Shown in pieces: positions 43,819 through 47,334 of a DNA stretch of 47,334 nucleotides. Source of the DNA: an uncultured Candidatus Bathyarchaeia archaeon (GTDB lineage: Archaea > Thermoproteota > Bathyarchaeia > 40CM-2-53-6 > CAYOZM01); assembly GCA_964533795.1 (NCBI GenBank), contig CAZHMI010000001.1, forward strand, positions 2,535 to 49,868, written 5' to 3'. The notes under the pieces were generated by a model, which saw only the letters and a program-made list of their open reading frames with translations, had not been told where the DNA came from and did no database searches. How positions within the stretch are numbered: position 1 is the first letter of the stretch; the number at the start of each line of letters is the position of its first letter. The position numbers were made by a program, and so were the translations under genes.

Positions 43819-43964
43819 AAAAGACTTCAAAGATGTGCGAACTCTGCAAAGAGCAAATAGGCGAAGGATGCGCCTTTGCTGTCTACAAGAGAGTGATAAA
43901 AGGTAAGGAGCATTTGTTCTGTTGCGCTACTTGCGCAGACAAGTACGAGGAGAAAGAAGGCTAA
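43815..43964 (+). CDS. TRASH/YHS-like small metal-binding protein, ATGA-coupled to iscU
   Basis: MKKTSKMCELCKEQIG...HLFCCATCADKY shows CxxC...CxxxC spacing. Its ATG overlaps the iscU TGA. Confidence 0.55.
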   Translation: MKKTSKMCELCKEQIGEGCAFAVYKRVIKGKEHLFCCATCADKYEEKEG

Positions 43965-44002
43965 TCCTAAATTCTTAAACCAGATTTTGGGAAGGCAAGC
44001 AT

Positions 44003-45073
44003 ATGGTTAAGACAGGGCTAGTTTACCATGAAGATTATCTGAAACATGACCCAGGCCTAGGCCATCCTGAGAGCCCTGAAAGACTACGTAGAACTATTCA
44101 AGTCTTGTCCGAAACTAAACTGATAGCTCAACCGAACATAGTCGTACTGAAACCTCGACCTGCAACCGATGATGATTTGGCGCTCATTCATACACGCGAG
44201 TACATTGAAACCGTAGAGTCATTGAGCAGATCTGGCGGCGCTATCACTGCAGACACACCTGTTCCAGAAGGAACCTATGAAATAGCTAAATTGAGTGCTG
44301 GAGGCGCTATTTCGGCTGGCGAAGCGGTAGTAAAAGGGGATGTGAATAACGCTTTCGCATTGATTCGCCCGCCAGGCCATCACTCAGGAAGAAATTACGG
44401 AGGAGGATTCTGCTACTTTAACAATATAGCCATCATGGTTAGGTACCTTCACGAGAAATATCGCTTGAAACGCTTCATGATTTTAGATTGGGATGTCCAC
44501 CATGGAAATGGAACCCAAGACATATTCTATGAGGACCCTACTGTCCTATACTTTTCAACTCATCAAATGCCGCTCTACCCCGGAACAGGCTATCTTGATG
44601 AGATAGGAGATGGAGAAGGGAAAGGGTACAACGTCAATTTGCCGTTGCCTCTTGGAACGTCTGGAGTGAACTACCTTTACATTCTTGATATGCTTTTCAC
44701 CCCGCTGGCTGAAGCTTTCAAGCCAGAGGTAATCGCTATTTCGGCAGGACAAGACGCTTACTTCGACGATCCTATTGCAAATCTCAATTTCACCGTTCAC
44801 ACGTATGCTGATATAACCAAGAAAATCATGGATGTTGCTCGGAAAATCTGCGGCGGAAGAATAGCGATGGTCTTGGAAGGAGGATATCACATAGAAGCCG
44901 TGCCTCGCGCCATCGCAGGAATCGTGGCAACTCTAGCTGAAATCCAAGGCTACGAGATAACTGAGCCAAAGAAGCCTCCTCAACAGACATTAAGCAGTGA
45001 GGTTAAATCAAGAGTTGAGAAAATCAAGTCGATTCTAGCGGAATACTGGGATGTATTCGAATCATCTAAATAG
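44003..45073 (+). CDS. histone deacetylase-family enzyme (AcuC/acetylpolyamine amidohydrolase-like)
   Basis: RPPGHH, DWDVHHGNGTQ, GGYH motifs. Confidence 0.85.
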   Translation: MVKTGLVYHEDYLKHDPGLGHPESPERLRRTIQVLSETKLIAQPNIVVLKPRPATDDDLALIHTREYIETVESLSRSGGAITADTPVPEGTYEIAKLSAGGAISAGEAVVKGDVNNAFALIRPPGHHSGRNYGGGFCYFNNIAIMVRYLHEKYRLKRFMILDWDVHHGNGTQDIFYEDPTVLYFSTHQMPLYPGTGYLDEIGDGEGKGYNVNLPLPLGTSGVNYLYILDMLFTPLAEAFKPEVIAISAGQDAYFDDPIANLNFTVHTYADITKKIMDVARKICGGRIAMVLEGGYHIEAVPRAIAGIVATLAEIQGYEITEPKKPPQQTLSSEVKSRVEKIKSILAEYWDVFESSK

Positions 45074-45347
45074 ATAAAACTCAGAAAACTTCAAGATTGT
45101 AAAGTCCTAGAATCACTACTGCTTGACTGAAATAACTTAGGATGCTGGCCGAATCTTATGAAGCCCCTTGAAAAGATGTTTTCAACGAGGTCCAGTTGTA
45201 TGCCAAGAAACGAACGATTTCAGCGCATCCTATTTCTGCCAGTAAATATTGAGGCAAAACATAAAACAAGCAGCCTCTCAGATGTCTTGTTGAGAATGAC
45301 CGCTGGCTCTTAACTGAAACTCCGTAATGCCTTTGCGGGGCTAAATA

Positions 45348-47333
45348 TTGTCTGAAACAGAACAGATCATCGAAACAATTCTAACTCAACGGAGAGACTT
45401 GACACGGAAGAAGCTCTTGGCTCTTGTAGAAGATAAGAAGAAACAAGCTGGCGACTTGCTATCTGATGAAGGTGCCGCAAGATTGGTCGCCCAAGACTTA
45501 CTCATTGATATGGAAGCAAAGAGAAGAGAGACACTAAGAATAATCGACATTGTTAGCGGGCTAAATGATGTAACAATAGTTGGTCGAGTTATTGTTGTGT
45601 GGCCAGCGCAGGAATTTAAGAAGACCGACGGTTCCACAGGTAAGATTGCGCGATTCCTTCTGGCCGATAGAACCGGCAAGATACATTGTGTTGCGTGGAA
45701 CGCCAAAACTGAAAGACTTGAACGAGAAGGACCGATACAAGGAAAGATTGTGAAGGTTGCCCACGGCTACAGTCGAGAAGGACTTGCAAATACTGTCGAG
45801 TTACATTGCGGCGATCGAAGTGACATTGTCATTTCACCAGCAGAAGTCAGCGATGCAGAATACCCCAAGTTCGAAGAATTCTTCGCCAATATTGCCGGGA
45901 TCGCTCTAGACAGAAAAGAAGTTAACGTCATCGGCGTAGTGAAATCGGAACCAAAGTTGTTCGCCTTTCAAAGACAGGGCGGAGAAGGCTACGTGCTTCG
46001 AACCCGGATAGCCGATATGACGGGGAGTATTACGGTGGTTATCTGGAATGAGAAAGTCGAGGATGTCAGAGATCTAAAGAGAGACGACGTTCTTCAAGTA
46101 ATCAATGGAAAAGTGAAGAGGGATCTCGGCGGATTCGCAGAGATCCATGTGGACAAGAGAAGCAAAATTGAGATCTTAAAAGATAGACCAGCATACCTTC
46201 AGGCTCCAGCCTCAAGATTCACAAAGATAGCTGCATTGAAACCTACAATGAGAGGAATCGATCTAATAGTCAGAGTTGCAAGAGTTGGAGAACAACGAGA
46301 GTTAAAGAGATCAACGGGAGAGACGACGCAAATAGGAAGATTGCTAGTGAACGATGACACTGGATTGACAAAAATCTCGCTGTGGAATGAGCATGCAAAG
46401 TTACTCGAACGCGTAAGAGAAGGAGATATTCTCTTGATAGAAGACGCCTCGACTAGAGAACGAGCTGGCGAGGTTTCCATAAATGCGGGGAAAACAACTT
46501 CCATAACAGTAAATCCTCAGATTGAAGACGAGCTGAAGCCCGCTCCTCCAAAAGTGACCAAGATCAAGGATCTGCCTCAAGCTTCAGGCATGGTCATTGT
46601 TGAAGGAACGTTGACTGAAACGCCGATCCTCAGGGAGGTACTTACGAAAGGTGGAGAGAAGATTGAAGTTGCATCATCAAGAATTATGGATGAGACAGGT
46701 GAAGCACGGGTCTCTATTTGGAGAACTTTAGCGAGGCAAATAGTAGAGACCCCATCGAAGATGACGGTTCGATTAGTGGGAGTTCGATTCAGAGTAGGAG
46801 TGGATGGTGAGGTTGAGATATCTTCAGACCCACTAACTAGACTAGAGATAATAGCTAGACCTGAATACCAAGTTGTTCCAACCGAAGAAGTAAAGAGACT
46901 CGTAGAACTGAAGAACTGGGAAAGCGCAACGATACAGGCAACGATTCTGGAGGTCACAGAGAAATCATTCATGTATGCTACTTGTAGCAACTGCATGGGA
47001 CGAGTTGACTTTGAAGATGATAAGATTGTGTGTAGTTCCTGTAGAATCATAAAGGACATTTCCCCTCAACTCTTATTACACTTAAAGATCGATGACGGGA
47101 CCGCCTTCGTTGACGCCACCGCGGAGTCTCCTAACGCTGAGAATCTACTAAAAGAGGATGTGGACATCCTATGGAAGAAAATGCGTGAGCAGAAAGTTTC
47201 TAAAGCATCATTGCCAATAGAGGTAACTGGGAAGCTCATAGGAATGAGAGTGGAAGCTTCCGGAATAATGGAATACGACGCGAAGACAGGAAAACCCAAG
47301 TTTCTCGTGAACAGACTGAAAGTTATCACTTAG
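45348..47333 (+). CDS. rpa: replication protein A (multi-OB-fold ssDNA-binding protein with zinc finger)
   Basis: Repeated OB-fold-like modules (VTIVGRVIVVWP..., VNVIGVVKSE..., IDLIVRVARVGE..., VIVEGTLTE...) and CSNCMGRV...CSSCR. TTG start. Confidence 0.75.
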   Translation: MSETEQIIETILTQRRDLTRKKLLALVEDKKKQAGDLLSDEGAARLVAQDLLIDMEAKRRETLRIIDIVSGLNDVTIVGRVIVVWPAQEFKKTDGSTGKIARFLLADRTGKIHCVAWNAKTERLEREGPIQGKIVKVAHGYSREGLANTVELHCGDRSDIVISPAEVSDAEYPKFEEFFANIAGIALDRKEVNVIGVVKSEPKLFAFQRQGGEGYVLRTRIADMTGSITVVIWNEKVEDVRDLKRDDVLQVINGKVKRDLGGFAEIHVDKRSKIEILKDRPAYLQAPASRFTKIAALKPTMRGIDLIVRVARVGEQRELKRSTGETTQIGRLLVNDDTGLTKISLWNEHAKLLERVREGDILLIEDASTRERAGEVSINAGKTTSITVNPQIEDELKPAPPKVTKIKDLPQASGMVIVEGTLTETPILREVLTKGGEKIEVASSRIMDETGEARVSIWRTLARQIVETPSKMTVRLVGVRFRVGVDGEVEISSDPLTRLEIIARPEYQVVPTEEVKRLVELKNWESATIQATILEVTEKSFMYATCSNCMGRVDFEDDKIVCSSCRIIKDISPQLLLHLKIDDGTAFVDATAESPNAENLLKEDVDILWKKMREQKVSKASLPIEVTGKLIGMRVEASGIMEYDAKTGKPKFLVNRLKVIT

Positions 47334-47334
47334 C

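Noticed and set aside
45290-45355. C/D box sRNA candidate (ATGACC...CTGA...TAATGCC...CTGA)
   Set aside because: The C and C' boxes deviate from RUGAUGA, the second guide spacer is about 20 nt instead of about 12, and the element overlaps the RPA start codon.

Overview
All calls come from reading the sequence and ORF translations by eye; no homology search, RNA folding or statistics were run. The window looks archaeal: A-type ATPase stalk subunits, an intron-containing tRNA, TATA-box/leaderless-style promoters, a PEF-CTERM surface protein, a multi-OB RPA and an Lhr helicase. It is probably an uncultivated anaerobe, which is inference only.

Core genes:
- A frameshifted NuoH-like gene.
- A pyrI-atpH-atpE-atpF string with pyrB divergent.
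- A wHTH-hsp20-HExxH module.
- An HTH-ATP-cone-NrdD-like protein.
- Two MFS transporters.
- A truncated IS481-like transposase abutting an OCD-family gene.
- A SelA-like PLP protein.
- A BMP/ABC nucleoside-uptake operon with a P-loop kinase.
- An M24 peptidase and an FAD oxidoreductase.
- A large glycosylatable surface protein.
- A metallophosphoesterase-SWIM-Lhr neighbourhood.
- Decayed vapBC.
- A ferredoxin-TusA-NifS-IscU-TRASH cluster, an HDAC-family enzyme and RPA.

The most interesting region is an accessory island at about 20.75-27.95 kb, anchored at tRNA-Pro(CGG). It contains:
- A duplicated tRNA 3' end (att scar) and a C-terminal integrase stub.
- An A-rich Arch_ATPase-type NTPase with an orphan AbrB gene.
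- A DUF5678 gene with a retropepsin-like remnant, and a frameshifted glyoxalase.
- An intact type II R-M pair preceded by an AbrB-fold gene. That gene's promoter carries three 10-bp-phased TGTGGCW boxes, so it is a candidate non-canonical R-M controller.
- Two diverged copies of a 30-nt CRISPR-repeat-like element, ending ATTGAAAG on the minus strand, that bracket the R-M cassette. There are no cas genes and no regular array.
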